This document shows, piece after piece, positions 35,908-47,250 of a DNA stretch of 64,000 nt. The notes beneath the pieces were generated by a model that was not told the origin of the DNA, did no database searches, and saw only the letters and a program-made list of their open reading frames with translations. Made by a program: the position numbers and the translations under genes. Every line of letters begins with the position of its first letter. Positions within the stretch are counted from its first letter, which is position 1. The stretch lies in the NCBI GenBank assembly GCA_964446535.1, contig CAYUOR010000003.1, positions 14,871-78,870 on the forward strand, given 5' to 3'. Origin of the DNA: an uncultured Candidatus Saccharibacteria bacterium. GTDB lineage: Bacteria; Patescibacteriota; Minisyncoccia; Phycocordibacterales; Zambryskibacteraceae.

Positions 35908-37416
35908 TTAGCGAACCTTGTCTTGAAGATACTTGAAAATGGCGTACATAGCGTACGTGTCAAGATTGCAATACTCTCTTAGATCGGCCATTATTTTTTC
36001 TTTGTCTTTCTGATTTTTTCCGCGGAGAATGGTCTCCATCCAAACCCTCTGAGCTTGTCCACCGTGGGAAATATTCAGGTCCTTGTAGCTGAAATCTGGC
36101 AAGAGTGCCGGCAAAACAGACTTTATGGATGATCGACCAAAGAAATCTTTGTCCACAAACCAACCCTTGGAGAAGGGCACCATTAGATCCACCATTCTAT
36201 CATTGACGCCATCCAAAAAAATTTTGTATTCGGGATACGCCTCGCCCATTTCTTTATTGCGACCTTTTTCAAAGGGCATATACCAAGAAATTACTGAACC
36301 GAAGCCAGAGAAATCATCTTTTAACCGCTTTAAGAGATGGGGCACAGGGTCGCTCTTTTCCGTATGTAGATACTCCTTGTGTTTCGGCTCTGTTCCTGGT
36401 TTCTCAAGAACATGGAGAGAATACTGAAATGGAATCTGCTGGTACGGGCGATAACCATCAAAAGCAGGAAGAACTCCAGCCATAGTTTCGTAATCGAGAA
36501 AATACAAAGGGTATTTCAGATCGTTGAGAAAGTTTTTAATTTCTTCGGTATTTACGTGCTGCCTTCCCGATTTCATCGCTTCAACCTGGCGCAGTTGTTT
36601 TTCGTTGAGTGGCCCATCAAGCGGAATATCGTTTAGAAGTTCTATACCGTTATCTTCGAGCCAGGCAATAGTTTTAGAATCCGGACTATAGAGTTTATAT
36701 ATGCTGGTTTCCGGCAACTTGCCCCTGATAAGCTGAAAGATTTTTAGCCACTCTTCAAAGACCTCGCCCCCTTGGCTCAGGTGTCGAGGAGAAATGTCTG
36801 GCATCGTTTTTGACTCAAGAATCTTAAAAGCTCTGGCGATGTTTTCCCTGGTTTCTTCCAGGGCTTCACGCACTTCGGCGGTAACGTCAGCCTTTGATGT
36901 GATACCTTTCGGATCTATATCCCCTCTTCTTACATATTTGTTATTGACGTGAAGAACGGAGATATTTCTTACCTTAAAACCAGCATCTTCAAGAACAATG
37001 GTCTGGAATGCAAGATCTACAATGTGTTCCGGTTTGACGCTTGTTGAGGCCTTTATTTCCGAGAGGTCAAATGTATTTTTGCCTGCTTTTTCCAAAACGT
37101 CGAAAATCGCGGTAATGTTGTTGACTTCAATTCGACCCTGGAGAATGGTTTTTGTTCCTTTCTCAACTTCTTTTAGAGTAAGATCAGGAAGGGCATAATA
37201 TTTCGTACCACTAAATTCATTGCCGTCTTTTTTGTAACCGAGGCGTACCGCATCTGGAAAAAGTTTCTCGGCATAGCTCTCAAAGAGCGTTCCTTCGTCA
37301 AAGAGCGCCTGTAAATCCTCGTCGGGCAGAGGCAGTTTACTCTTATCGTACTTCTTGAGCCAAAGCCAGGCGGGATGTTTGAGAAACAAGAGAAACTCTG
37401 ACTTGGATATAACCAT
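35908..37416 (-). CDS. DUF2779 domain protein (nuclease-like)
   Basis: ISKS, D..EIKAS, FLDYET, PYQQIPFQYSLH, YCNLDT. Confidence 0.85.
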   Translation of the reverse strand: MVISKSEFLLFLKHPAWLWLKKYDKSKLPLPDEDLQALFDEGTLFESYAEKLFPDAVRLGYKKDGNEFSGTKYYALPDLTLKEVEKGTKTILQGRIEVNNITAIFDVLEKAGKNTFDLSEIKASTSVKPEHIVDLAFQTIVLEDAGFKVRNISVLHVNNKYVRRGDIDPKGITSKADVTAEVREALEETRENIARAFKILESKTMPDISPRHLSQGGEVFEEWLKIFQLIRGKLPETSIYKLYSPDSKTIAWLEDNGIELLNDIPLDGPLNEKQLRQVEAMKSGRQHVNTEEIKNFLNDLKYPLYFLDYETMAGVLPAFDGYRPYQQIPFQYSLHVLEKPGTEPKHKEYLHTEKSDPVPHLLKRLKDDFSGFGSVISWYMPFEKGRNKEMGEAYPEYKIFLDGVNDRMVDLMVPFSKGWFVDKDFFGRSSIKSVLPALLPDFSYKDLNISHGGQAQRVWMETILRGKNQKDKEKIMADLREYCNLDTYAMYAIFKYLQDKVR

Positions 37417-37425
37417 CGTTTCTTA

Positions 37426-38631
37426 TTAGTACCCTCTAAGTCTGTTTATCTTTTCGTGTTGGCGGATTTTTTCGTGCGCTTTTGCTTCAATCTGCCTTAT
37501 GCGCTCGCGAGTAACACCGAAAACTTTACCCACCTCTTCCAGAGTGTGCGTGTAGCCGTCAGTAAGTCCGTGCCTCATTTCAAGAATTTTTCTCTCTTTG
37601 GGTGGTAGGTCTCCCAGAATTTCTTTAACTTGATCGGAGACGATGCGTCGTGAAGAATCCTGATCGGGTGAGAGCACCTTGTCGTCGGCGAGAAAATCGC
37701 CAAGCTTCGATTTTCCGTCGTCACCGTCGTCACCAACCGGGCTTTCGAGAGAAACGGTCGATTGGTCAATTTTTTCTATATGGTAAATTTTGTCTACATC
37801 CATATTCATTTCAAGCGCAATTTCCTCCTGTAGAGGTTCTCTGCCTAAATCTTGTGTCAGTCGGCGAACGACCTGTTTATACTTGGCAATGGTTTCGACC
37901 ATGTGTACGGGAACACGGATGGTTCTTGACTGGTCGGCAAGGGCGCGAGTTATAGCCTGCCTAATCCACCAAGTGGCATAGGTAGAAAATTTAAAACCCT
38001 TTGTCCAATCGAATTTTTCTACTGCCTTGTGGAGACCTAGATTCCCTTCCTGAATAAGGTCAAGCAGGGTAAGATCGGGACTTCGGTTTGCATATTTCTT
38101 CGCGATAGAGACAACGAGACGAAGATTGGCTTTCATTAGAAGATTTTTGGCATCCATGTCGCCGGCTTCAATGCGTTTGGCGAGCTCTTTTTCCATAGAA
38201 CCAGCAATAAGCGGGTATTGCCCGATTTCACGCAGATACATCTGAATAGAATCGTAAGAGGAGTCGCCTCTAGAATAGGCGTACTGTTTGCCCTCCTTTT
38301 CTTCCGGCAGATCGAGCAGTCCGCCACCTTCAAGAACATCAATGCCAAGGGTGTTAAACTTTTCGTATAACTCGTCAAGAAGAGAGATGTCGGTTTCTAT
38401 GTTTGGAAATTCTTTAAGAATCTCGTCATAGGTAACAAACCCGCGCTCTTTACCGCGAGCCGTGAGGTGTTCAATTTTTAGAGCTTCGTTGATTCTCTGC
38501 TTAACGGGTTTTTTAGACTTAGTTTTAGTCGGTTTTTTAGTTTTTTTAACACTAGTCTTAGCCACTTTTTTAAATCGTTTTTTGGCGATTTTCTTGGCTC
38601 TGTATTTAATTTTTTTTATTTTTTTCTTCAC
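37426..38631 (-). CDS. rpoD: Primary sigma factor
   Basis: [46 protein letters not shown]. Confidence 0.96.
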   Translation of the reverse strand: MKKKIKKIKYRAKKIAKKRFKKVAKTSVKKTKKPTKTKSKKPVKQRINEALKIEHLTARGKERGFVTYDEILKEFPNIETDISLLDELYEKFNTLGIDVLEGGGLLDLPEEKEGKQYAYSRGDSSYDSIQMYLREIGQYPLIAGSMEKELAKRIEAGDMDAKNLLMKANLRLVVSIAKKYANRSPDLTLLDLIQEGNLGLHKAVEKFDWTKGFKFSTYATWWIRQAITRALADQSRTIRVPVHMVETIAKYKQVVRRLTQDLGREPLQEEIALEMNMDVDKIYHIEKIDQSTVSLESPVGDDGDDGKSKLGDFLADDKVLSPDQDSSRRIVSDQVKEILGDLPPKERKILEMRHGLTDGYTHTLEEVGKVFGVTRERIRQIEAKAHEKIRQHEKINRLRGY

Positions 38632-38648
38632 AAAATTATCTAACTATA

Positions 38649-40265
38649 TTACAACACTTTTTTCTTCTCCTCGAGTGAGCGCATCTCGGCATGTATTTTT
38701 TTAATAGACGCCGAAATGTTTTTGACAAGCTCTTCATCTCCCGTCGCCTCTCCTCGAGCTAGTTCTGCGGAAAGGCGCGTAAGCTCGTCGCGCAAATCAA
38801 GTTCTAATAAACTGTTGACGAGCTCTGCTTCTTCCTTCCGAAGAGCAAGAATTTCCGAATCAGTCTCTGGCAGCTCCTTTAGCCAGACTCGTACTTCTGC
38901 GAGACGCTCCTCTACCTGTTCTCTCTTTGAGACACGGGGGGTCTCCTTTTTTAGTTCTGGCTCTTTTGGCATATTTGAGCCGGATAAAATTTCTGGAACA
39001 GCGACCTTCTTTAAATCTGTCCAGATTAAATCTTCTTTAATCCCCGTACGCTTGGCAATCATCGAGACGAAGTGTGATTGCTCCATGGCGCTGCCAATAA
39101 GTTTTATCATTGGCAAAATTTTTCTTTCAATAAGTTTGCCGAGTTTCCGCTGGTTTTTTTCCAATTTCTCAAGTTTATTGAAGAAAAATTCAATGGCCGG
39201 CAAAGAGTTTTTCAATATTTCTTTCCAGTCATTTGGATTTTTCTTTATTGTATCGGCTGGATCGGAATTTTTCGGCGATTCAGCAATTTTTACTTCAAGA
39301 CCCATGGCGAGAGCCTGCTCGGTTGCTCTTTCCGCAGCTTTTTCACCGGCATTGTCGCCATCAAAAGCAAGGATTATGCGATTGGAAAGCTTTTTAAGGC
39401 GCTCCAGATGTTCGCGAGTGAAAGCCGTGCCTGACGAAGCAACGGCGTTATCAATCCCCGCCTGATGAGACAGAATCAAATCAAGAGGCCCTTCAACAAG
39501 GATGGTGTAATCTTTTTTTCTGATGCTATCTTTGGCCCGATCAAGCCCGTAGAGAGCCTGACTTTTCGAGAAAACTATGGTGGTTGGGCTATTTAGGTAC
39601 TTGGGCACACCGTCTTTTTCTAAAGCTCTACCGGAAAAGGCAATAACATGACGATTAATATCGGCAAGAGGAAAAATGACTCTGTTTCTGAATACGTCAT
39701 ATGGGCCGTTGGCTGGATTTTCTTCACTAATTTTGGCAAGTCCAGCTTTAATAATTATGTCTTCGGCATAACCAGAGTTTTGCAGATGGTTATATAGGGC
39801 CCGCCATTCATTCGGTGCATACCCCAGACGCCAGGCACTAATTGTTTCCTTAGCAACACCTCTAGAAATAAGATAATCGGATGCTTCCTTTTTTTCTTTT
39901 AGGTTTTTTTCAAAGAACTTTGCTGCCTCCTCAAGCGCGGCTAATATTTTATCCTTTTCGGCGCGCGACTCGTCATTTCCACGATATTCAATCTCGACGC
40001 CCGCTTTTTCGGCGAGCACCTTGAGAGCGCCCCGAAAATCTAGGCCGTCCATTTGTTCGAGGAAGGTAAAGATGTCGCCCTTAGCACCACAGCCGAAACA
40101 ATAAAAACTTTGTCGAGCGGGAGAAACGAAGAAAGAAGGTGTCTTCTCCTTGTGGAATGGGCAATTTGCTTTAAAACTCTGCCCAGCTTTCTGGAGCTTG
40201 ATGTAGCCGGAGATAAGCTCGGCTATATCTATTCTTTCTTTGATTGTGTCGACATCGCCTCGCAT
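38649..40265 (-). CDS. dnaG: DNA primase
   Basis: CPFH..CFGC zinc finger, KYLNSP, EG..D, DGD TOPRIM. Confidence 0.96.
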   Translation of the reverse strand: MRGDVDTIKERIDIAELISGYIKLQKAGQSFKANCPFHKEKTPSFFVSPARQSFYCFGCGAKGDIFTFLEQMDGLDFRGALKVLAEKAGVEIEYRGNDESRAEKDKILAALEEAAKFFEKNLKEKKEASDYLISRGVAKETISAWRLGYAPNEWRALYNHLQNSGYAEDIIIKAGLAKISEENPANGPYDVFRNRVIFPLADINRHVIAFSGRALEKDGVPKYLNSPTTIVFSKSQALYGLDRAKDSIRKKDYTILVEGPLDLILSHQAGIDNAVASSGTAFTREHLERLKKLSNRIILAFDGDNAGEKAAERATEQALAMGLEVKIAESPKNSDPADTIKKNPNDWKEILKNSLPAIEFFFNKLEKLEKNQRKLGKLIERKILPMIKLIGSAMEQSHFVSMIAKRTGIKEDLIWTDLKKVAVPEILSGSNMPKEPELKKETPRVSKREQVEERLAEVRVWLKELPETDSEILALRKEEAELVNSLLELDLRDELTRLSAELARGEATGDEELVKNISASIKKIHAEMRSLEEKKKVL

Positions 40266-43200
40266 ATTAGTTTTTCCTTGTACCCGTCTTTGAATCCGGT
40301 GCCGGCCGGAATGAGGCGCCCGATAATCACATTCTCTTTAAGCCCAATAAGATTATCCTCGGCACCTCGAACGGCAGCTTGTATAAGAACTCGTGGGGTG
40401 TGCTGGAACGAAGCGGCAGAAAGGAAGCTTGCCCTTGATAGAGAAACCTCGGTAATACCCATGATGACGGCGTCGGCGACTGCTTCTTTCAAATTCTTAT
40501 CTTTCATTTCCTTATTAAGCAGGGTGAGTCGAGAAGCCTCAACTATGTCGCCTCGAGTTAATCTGGTATCGCCGGGGTCCTTAATTTTACGACGACCAAA
40601 CATCTGGCGAATGATGAGTTCAATGTGTTTGTGCGATACCGCGGCGCCTTGGAGTTCATAGAGCTTTGAAACTTCATGAATAATGTAACCTTCTGTCTTT
40701 TCTCGCCCGGCGTATCGGAAGAGTTCGTCAAGATCGGCCGATCCATCGGTCAAAATGTCGCCCCTTTTAACAGATTGGCCGACCTTAGCAAGAAGAGTTC
40801 TTGAAGCTTGAACGGTATATTCATTATCAAGTTTTTTACCCTTAGTTTCTCCGAGTTCTGGTGTAACGACAATCAACCTGTCATGACCTAGAGTTTTTAT
40901 CTCACTTATTACCCCATCAATGTGGCTGATAATAGCGGGGTTTTTTGGTTTCCTTTTCTCAAAGATTTCTTCAACGCGCGGTAGACCGGCCACGATGTCG
41001 CCGCCGAGAGATGCAATACCTCCGGCATGGAAAGTACGCATCGTAAGCTGAGTGCCCGGTTCTCCGATAGCTTGCGCCGCGATAGTACCAACCGCTTCTC
41101 CAAGCTCGACCGGCTTGTTATTACCAAGGTCAACACCATAGCACCTAGCACAAAGACCACGAACAGACTTACAGGTTAAGGGAGAACGTACCAGAACTGA
41201 TTCAATTTTGGTTTTGTCGACTGTTTTTGCATCATTATTGGTTATGAGATGCCCCCGCTTGAAAAGAAGGGTGCCATTTTCGTCAACGAGATCAGTAGCA
41301 AGAAATCGGCCTTTAATATTTTTGGAAAGAGGCATTTCAATACCGGATGCGGTCTTTTTATTTATGGTCGTACCGTCTTTCGTACCACAATCCTCTTCAG
41401 TAATAATCTCATCCTGCGCGACGTCGAACAGCCTCCTTGTTAAGTAACCAGCTTTGGCAGTATTGAGAGCCGTATCGGTCAAGCCCTTTCGCGAGCCGTG
41501 AGTGGTGATGAAGTATTCAAGTGGCGTGAGTCCTTCTTTATAGCAAGAGAGGATTGGAAATTCGAGTGTCTCGCCAGAAACATTTACGATAGAGCCTTTC
41601 ATGCCTGCCATTTGGTTTAGGTTGCCGAAGGAACCTCGTGCTTCCGAAAGAATAACGTCGTAAATGGGGTTGGTGCTTTCAAGAGTTTTTGGAATAAGCT
41701 TTTCTATTTCGGATTTTATCCCTTGCCAGATTTCAACAGACCTAACGATGCGCTCTTGCTCCGATAAAAGTCCTTCTCGAAACTGTTCTACCACTTCTCT
41801 GACAGCGCCGTGCCCCTTCTCAATAATTTCCCATTTACCCTTAGGAATGTTGACATCGGCAAGTCCCCAGGTAATACCAGAGTGGGTTGCGTATCGAAAA
41901 CCAAACGCCTTGATCCTGTCGATAATCGGAGGGACATCGTCAACACCGTAGCGCGCCAAAAGGTCATCGATCAATTCCGACATTCTCTTCCTGCCGATTT
42001 CCTGGTTTATGAACGGGTAATCTTTCGGTAGAACAACGTTGAAGAGAAGTCTGCCGACGGTGGTTTCAAATTTCTTGCCTTCAAATTGTTTATATCGCTC
42101 GGTGTCGGTGGGCAATACCCATACTTTGGCGCGCAAGTCGACGGCGCCAAAGTCGTAGGCAGTAATGGCACTATTTGGATTTGGATAATATTTCCCCTCC
42201 CCCTTGGCGCCAGACACAATGCGCGTGGTCCAATAGGTGCCAAGCACAATGTCCTGGCGAGGCGAAACAACCGGTTCTCCATTGCCGGGTTTAAGAATAT
42301 TTTTATCGGCAGCCATAACCAGACGCGCCTCGGCCTGAGCTTCCTCAGATAGAGGAACGTGAACCGCCATCTGATCCCCGTCAAAGTCGGCGTTGAAAGC
42401 GGTGCAGACAAGCGGATGTAGCTGAATGGCATTACCTTCTATAAGAACTGGCTGAAAAGCCTGAATACCAAGTCTGTGAAGAGTTGGAGCACGGTTTAGA
42501 AGAACATATTTGCCTCGAATGACTTCTTCAAGAATGGCCCAGACCTCGGGAATAGCATCTTCAATCAATCGACGAGCGCCGGGTATGTTATAAGCCAGTT
42601 CGCGTCTAAGTAGCTCCGATATGATAAACGGTTTAAATAGTTCGAGTGCCATGTGTTTGGGCAGACCACACTGATGGAGTTTGAGTTCTGGACCAACAAC
42701 AATAACGGAGCGAGCAGAATAATCCACACGTTTACCTAAGAGATTTTGCCTGAAAAGACCCCTCTTTCCCTTCAGGTTGTCGGAGAGGGATTTGAGCGGA
42801 CGTCTTTGTGCCTGGCTCGAGGAGGCGGTTGAGTGCCTAATGGTATTGTCGATAAGCGCATCAACAGCTTCCTGCAGAATTCTTTTTTCGTTTCTCAAAA
42901 TAACATCCGGGGCATTAATTTCCTTTAGTTTTTTAAGGCGATTGTTGCGATTTATAACGCGTCGATAAAGGTCGTTTACGTCTGAGGTGGCGTAGCGACC
43001 GCCATCCAGAGGCACCATCGGTCGGATAGCCGGCGGGATAACCGGAATACGAGTAAGAAACATCCACTCGGGGCGGTTGCCGGCATTTATCATCCAGCGC
43101 ACGGTACTAAGACGCTTATTAAGTCGCGGAATTTCGGTAGAGGGAGCATGCTCCAACTCCCCTTCTATTTCTTTAAGAAGTTTTTGCAGATCGATATTTT

Positions 43201-43882
43201 TCAGAATGTTGTAGACCGCTTCCGCACCAATCTGCGCCTCAAAGACGGTCGGGTACTTAACGCTTGCTTTGTGGTACTCAACCTCATTTAAAACTTTTCC
43301 TGCAACCAAGGATTCAATGTCTTTCTTTGTGGCAAGCGCGAGTTCTTTCAGAGCAAGTTTACTCTTGCTGTCCTGGAGTACTTTTGATTTTGCTTTAAAT
43401 TCTGATTCCAAATCCTTGAGAACTCTTGCCTTCTCACTCTCGGAAACATTAGTGATGATATAGCCGGCAAAATATATAACCTTTTCCAGGTCGGCGACGG
43501 GGATACCAAGAACAAGGGAAATTCTTGAGGGAATATTTTTTAGGAACCAGATGTGGGCAACTGGGGTTGCAAGTTCAATGTGTCCCATGCGTTCTCGGCG
43601 AACGATAGAGCGGGTAATCTCGACACCGCACTTTTCGCAAACAACGCCTTTGTATCTGATACCACGATACTTACCGCAGTAGCATTCAAAATCCTTATCG
43701 GGACCAAAAATCTTTTCATCGAATAGGCCGTTTCTCTCGCTTCTCTGGGTTCGATAATTTATCGTCTCCGGCTTTGTAACCTCGCCGTGAGACCATTCTT
43801 TAATACGCTCGGGCGAAGCTAATTTAATATGAATTGCATTGAAGTCCTCCGAACTATTCTGTTTTCCTCTATAGTTATGCAT
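40229..43882 (-). CDS. rpoC: RNA polymerase beta' subunit
   Basis: NADFDGDQMAVH catalytic motif. Confidence 0.99.
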   Translation of the reverse strand: MHNYRGKQNSSEDFNAIHIKLASPERIKEWSHGEVTKPETINYRTQRSERNGLFDEKIFGPDKDFECYCGKYRGIRYKGVVCEKCGVEITRSIVRRERMGHIELATPVAHIWFLKNIPSRISLVLGIPVADLEKVIYFAGYIITNVSESEKARVLKDLESEFKAKSKVLQDSKSKLALKELALATKKDIESLVAGKVLNEVEYHKASVKYPTVFEAQIGAEAVYNILKNIDLQKLLKEIEGELEHAPSTEIPRLNKRLSTVRWMINAGNRPEWMFLTRIPVIPPAIRPMVPLDGGRYATSDVNDLYRRVINRNNRLKKLKEINAPDVILRNEKRILQEAVDALIDNTIRHSTASSSQAQRRPLKSLSDNLKGKRGLFRQNLLGKRVDYSARSVIVVGPELKLHQCGLPKHMALELFKPFIISELLRRELAYNIPGARRLIEDAIPEVWAILEEVIRGKYVLLNRAPTLHRLGIQAFQPVLIEGNAIQLHPLVCTAFNADFDGDQMAVHVPLSEEAQAEARLVMAADKNILKPGNGEPVVSPRQDIVLGTYWTTRIVSGAKGEGKYYPNPNSAITAYDFGAVDLRAKVWVLPTDTERYKQFEGKKFETTVGRLLFNVVLPKDYPFINQEIGRKRMSELIDDLLARYGVDDVPPIIDRIKAFGFRYATHSGITWGLADVNIPKGKWEIIEKGHGAVREVVEQFREGLLSEQERIVRSVEIWQGIKSEIEKLIPKTLESTNPIYDVILSEARGSFGNLNQMAGMKGSIVNVSGETLEFPILSCYKEGLTPLEYFITTHGSRKGLTDTALNTAKAGYLTRRLFDVAQDEIITEEDCGTKDGTTINKKTASGIEMPLSKNIKGRFLATDLVDENGTLLFKRGHLITNNDAKTVDKTKIESVLVRSPLTCKSVRGLCARCYGVDLGNNKPVELGEAVGTIAAQAIGEPGTQLTMRTFHAGGIASLGGDIVAGLPRVEEIFEKRKPKNPAIISHIDGVISEIKTLGHDRLIVVTPELGETKGKKLDNEYTVQASRTLLAKVGQSVKRGDILTDGSADLDELFRYAGREKTEGYIIHEVSKLYELQGAAVSHKHIELIIRQMFGRRKIKDPGDTRLTRGDIVEASRLTLLNKEMKDKNLKEAVADAVIMGITEVSLSRASFLSAASFQHTPRVLIQAAVRGAEDNLIGLKENVIIGRLIPAGTGFKDGYKEKLICEAMSTQSKKE

Positions 43883-46800
43883 TATTTTGTTCTTTATCCT
43901 GTTTCTTCTTCAAATCAACATCGAGTGAAAGCCCGCGAAGATTATTTAAAAGAACGTTAAACGAGGCCGGTATGTGCGGCTCAGGAATTTTCTCGCCCTT
44001 TACTATGGCGTCAAACGCTGCCGAGCGACCAAGAATATCGTCAGATTTTATCGTAAGCATTTCCCGCAAAGTGTGACTTACACCATGACCCAAAAGCGCC
44101 CAGACTTCCATCTCGCCGAAACGCTGGCCTCCGTTTTGAGCCTTTCCGCCGAGTGGCTGTTGGGTAATAAGGGAATACGGTCCGATGGATCGCATGTGGA
44201 TTTTGTCTTCAACCATGTGATGAAGCTTAAGAACATACATATAACCGACAGCGATATCTTGCTCAAACTCTTCTCCGGTGCGGCCGTCAAAGAGTTTAAC
44301 CTTGCCGTTTTCTTTAAAGCCTGCCTTCGTCAATTCTTCTTTGATTTCATCTTCCGAGGCTCCCGCAAAGGGCGGTACAATTGCTTGATAATTCAAGGTG
44401 TGGGCGGCAAGACCTAAGTGCATCTCAAGAATCTGTCCTAAGTTCATTCGAGAAGGTACTCCAAGCGGTGTCAAAATTATGTCTATTGGCGTGCCGTCGG
44501 CCATATAAGGCATTTCCTCAACCGGCAAAATCTTTGAAATCACGCCCTTGTTTCCGTGCCTGCCGGCAAGTTTGTCTCCTACCGAAACATTGCGAAGTTG
44601 TGCCACCTGAATATGAATTTGTTTCAGAATACCTGATTCTAATTTGTCACCCTTTTCTCGGCTAAAGACTTGCACAGAAATGACACGGCCCCGCTTACCT
44701 CCTTCCATGCGCTTGGAAGTATCCTTGACGTCACGCGCCTTTTCGCCGAAAAGTGATCTAAGCAAACGTTCTTCGGGAGTAAGTTGGGATTCGCCCTTCG
44801 GTGTAATTTTCCCGACCAAAATATCGCCAGGGCGAACCTCGGCACCCACGCGGATAATGCCATCTTCGGCGAGATTCTTGAGTTTTGACTCACCGACGTT
44901 CGGAATGTCACAAGTGGTCATCTCCGGGCCAAGCTTGGTATCACGAACATTGACCGTAAATTCTTCGACGTGAATTGAAGTAAATTTACTCTTCTCCACC
45001 AAACGTTCCGAAATAATAATGGCGTCCTCATAATTGGCTCCGGACCAGGACATGAAAGCAACCAAGACATTTTGTCCGACAGCCATCTGGCCCTGCGCCG
45101 AGGATGAGGTGTCGGCAAGAACGGTTCCCTTTTTGACCTTGTCCCCGATTCCGACCGATGGTCTCTGGTGAAAAGTGGTAAAACCATTGGTCATAGAGAA
45201 ATTAACTAAAGGAAATTCGTGAGTATTACTCTTATTGTCTTTGACCTTAATCATCTTGCCGTCAACGTAAGAAACCGTACCATCAACGTTTGAAACAACC
45301 ATGCGACCGGTATCACGTATTGCCGCCTCTTCTATACCTGTGGCGACAAGAGGAATTTCCGGCACAATACATGGTGTCGCTTGTTTCTGCATGTTTGAAC
45401 CCATGAGCGCGCGGTTCGCATCGTCATGGTTAAGAAACGGAATCATCGAAGTAGCTATAGAAAATGCCTGATTGGTCGCAACATCCATAAACTGAACTTC
45501 ATCTTTAGGTACAAGCTGAGGTCTACCGCCGACACGAACCTCGACCATCTCTGGTACGATTTTCCCGTCTTCCGTCGGGGTAGCCGCATGAGCAATGTTA
45601 GAATTCTCTTCTTCTAGTGCGTTAAGATATTTAATTTCGTCGGTAATTTTACCGTCTTTGACAACCGCGTATGGAGTTTCGATCATACCGAAGTCGTTGA
45701 TACGCGCATAGGCCGAGAGACGCAAAATTAAACCGATATTCGGACCCTCCGGAGTCTGGATGGGGCAGAGTCTACCGTAGTGCGATGGATGCACGTCTCT
45801 CACTTCGTAACCCGCTCGGGCACGATTTAGCCCACCGGGACCAAGAGCAGAAACTGTTCTTAAGTGCTCGAGTTCGGCCAAAGTATTTTCCTGCTGAGCA
45901 AATTGGGAAAGCTGGTTCGTGGTAAAAAACTCTTTCATCCTAGCCTGAAGAGGTTTGGGAGAAATGAAGTGAACAGGCAGGGTCACATCAGTATCGATCG
46001 TGGACATTCGGTTTTGAATGTTTCTCTTAATCTGCGCCATGCCAACCCTAATCTTCTGCTGGAAAAGTTCTCCCACCAAGCGCACCCTTCGGGAACCGAG
46101 GTGGTCGATATCATCCGCTTGCGCGTCAGGCATCGCATTGAGACGTGCCATGTGTGAGAGAATGGTGACAAAATCCTGAAGCGAGAGAGTTCTGCGTTCA
46201 ATTTCTTTGGCTGTTTCTTTTATGCCAAAGCGATTATTGAATCTGAAGCGACCGACGCGAGAGAGGTCGTAACGATCTTTGCTGAAAATAGAGAGAACAA
46301 ACTCTCTGGCATTGTCGGCAGCAGCCAAGTCTCCGTCCCTGAGGCGTTTGTGGATTTCGATAGCAGCCTCATCGGCAGTGGTAGTGTGGTCTTTAGCTAG
46401 GGTTTTCTCTATGTGGTTCTTCGCCTCCGCTACGTCATTAAAAAGTGCAAGGATTTTATCGTTTGAGATAGCGTGATTTGTGTTGCCCGCCATTAAAAAA
46501 CGGAGAAGGGTCGTGACAGGGAATTTTCTTTTTCGATCAATTCTTACGTAAAAAGTACCATCAAGATCAACCTCAAGCTCGATCCAGGCGCCGCGTCCGG
46601 GAATAATCTTGGCTCCGAAAGTTTTCTTGCCCCGCAGTTCTTGCGAAGTAAAGGAGATTCCCGTTGAGCGAGCAAGTTGCGGCACCACCACGCGTTCTAT
46701 ACCGGAAATGATAAAGGTGCCGTGAGAGGTCATGAGTGGGAAATCCGCCATGAAAATTTCCTGCTCTTTTTCCGTACCGATAATAAGATTTTTTAGTCTG

Positions 46801-47102
46801 ACTTTTACTTTAAGGGGCGCTTCGTAGGAGAGTTTCCTTTCTTTCGCGGTGTATTCGTCTATTTTTGGCGCAGCTAGTTCAAACCCGATAAAATCAAGTT
46901 TAAATTTCTTTTCTGAAAAATCTTTAATTGAAGAAAACTCTTCAAAGACTTCCTTTAGACCTTTTTCTATAAGCCATTTAAAAGATTCAATCTGCGAAAC
47001 CACGAGATTAGGTATCTCGGTTAGTGGTTCCCTAAAGCGCCCGAAATATTTTTTCGTGTGCTCGACCTTATGAGTATTTTTAGACGATGGGGTTGGGTTC
47101 AT
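43875..47102 (-). CDS. rpoB: RNA polymerase beta subunit
   Basis: GDKLAGRHGNKG, GGQRFGEME; start taken at MNPTP. Confidence 0.98.
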   Translation of the reverse strand: MNPTPSSKNTHKVEHTKKYFGRFREPLTEIPNLVVSQIESFKWLIEKGLKEVFEEFSSIKDFSEKKFKLDFIGFELAAPKIDEYTAKERKLSYEAPLKVKVRLKNLIIGTEKEQEIFMADFPLMTSHGTFIISGIERVVVPQLARSTGISFTSQELRGKKTFGAKIIPGRGAWIELEVDLDGTFYVRIDRKRKFPVTTLLRFLMAGNTNHAISNDKILALFNDVAEAKNHIEKTLAKDHTTTADEAAIEIHKRLRDGDLAAADNAREFVLSIFSKDRYDLSRVGRFRFNNRFGIKETAKEIERRTLSLQDFVTILSHMARLNAMPDAQADDIDHLGSRRVRLVGELFQQKIRVGMAQIKRNIQNRMSTIDTDVTLPVHFISPKPLQARMKEFFTTNQLSQFAQQENTLAELEHLRTVSALGPGGLNRARAGYEVRDVHPSHYGRLCPIQTPEGPNIGLILRLSAYARINDFGMIETPYAVVKDGKITDEIKYLNALEEENSNIAHAATPTEDGKIVPEMVEVRVGGRPQLVPKDEVQFMDVATNQAFSIATSMIPFLNHDDANRALMGSNMQKQATPCIVPEIPLVATGIEEAAIRDTGRMVVSNVDGTVSYVDGKMIKVKDNKSNTHEFPLVNFSMTNGFTTFHQRPSVGIGDKVKKGTVLADTSSSAQGQMAVGQNVLVAFMSWSGANYEDAIIISERLVEKSKFTSIHVEEFTVNVRDTKLGPEMTTCDIPNVGESKLKNLAEDGIIRVGAEVRPGDILVGKITPKGESQLTPEERLLRSLFGEKARDVKDTSKRMEGGKRGRVISVQVFSREKGDKLESGILKQIHIQVAQLRNVSVGDKLAGRHGNKGVISKILPVEEMPYMADGTPIDIILTPLGVPSRMNLGQILEMHLGLAAHTLNYQAIVPPFAGASEDEIKEELTKAGFKENGKVKLFDGRTGEEFEQDIAVGYMYVLKLHHMVEDKIHMRSIGPYSLITQQPLGGKAQNGGQRFGEMEVWALLGHGVSHTLREMLTIKSDDILGRSAAFDAIVKGEKIPEPHIPASFNVLLNNLRGLSLDVDLKKKQDKEQNNA

Positions 47103-47250
47103 GAAAACAAAAACCAAGGGCGCGGTTCGGTCCGTGCCCATAAATTACCTAAGCCAGAAACTTTAGTATTAAATCCCCTTCGTTGCAGCCGTAACTCAAT
47201 CGAGTCGAAGTTGGGAATATAGTAATCGAAGCACTTTTTCTTGTCAAGAG

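Noticed and set aside
38716-39465. 249-aa plus-strand ORF
   Set aside because: Antisense shadow of dnaG.
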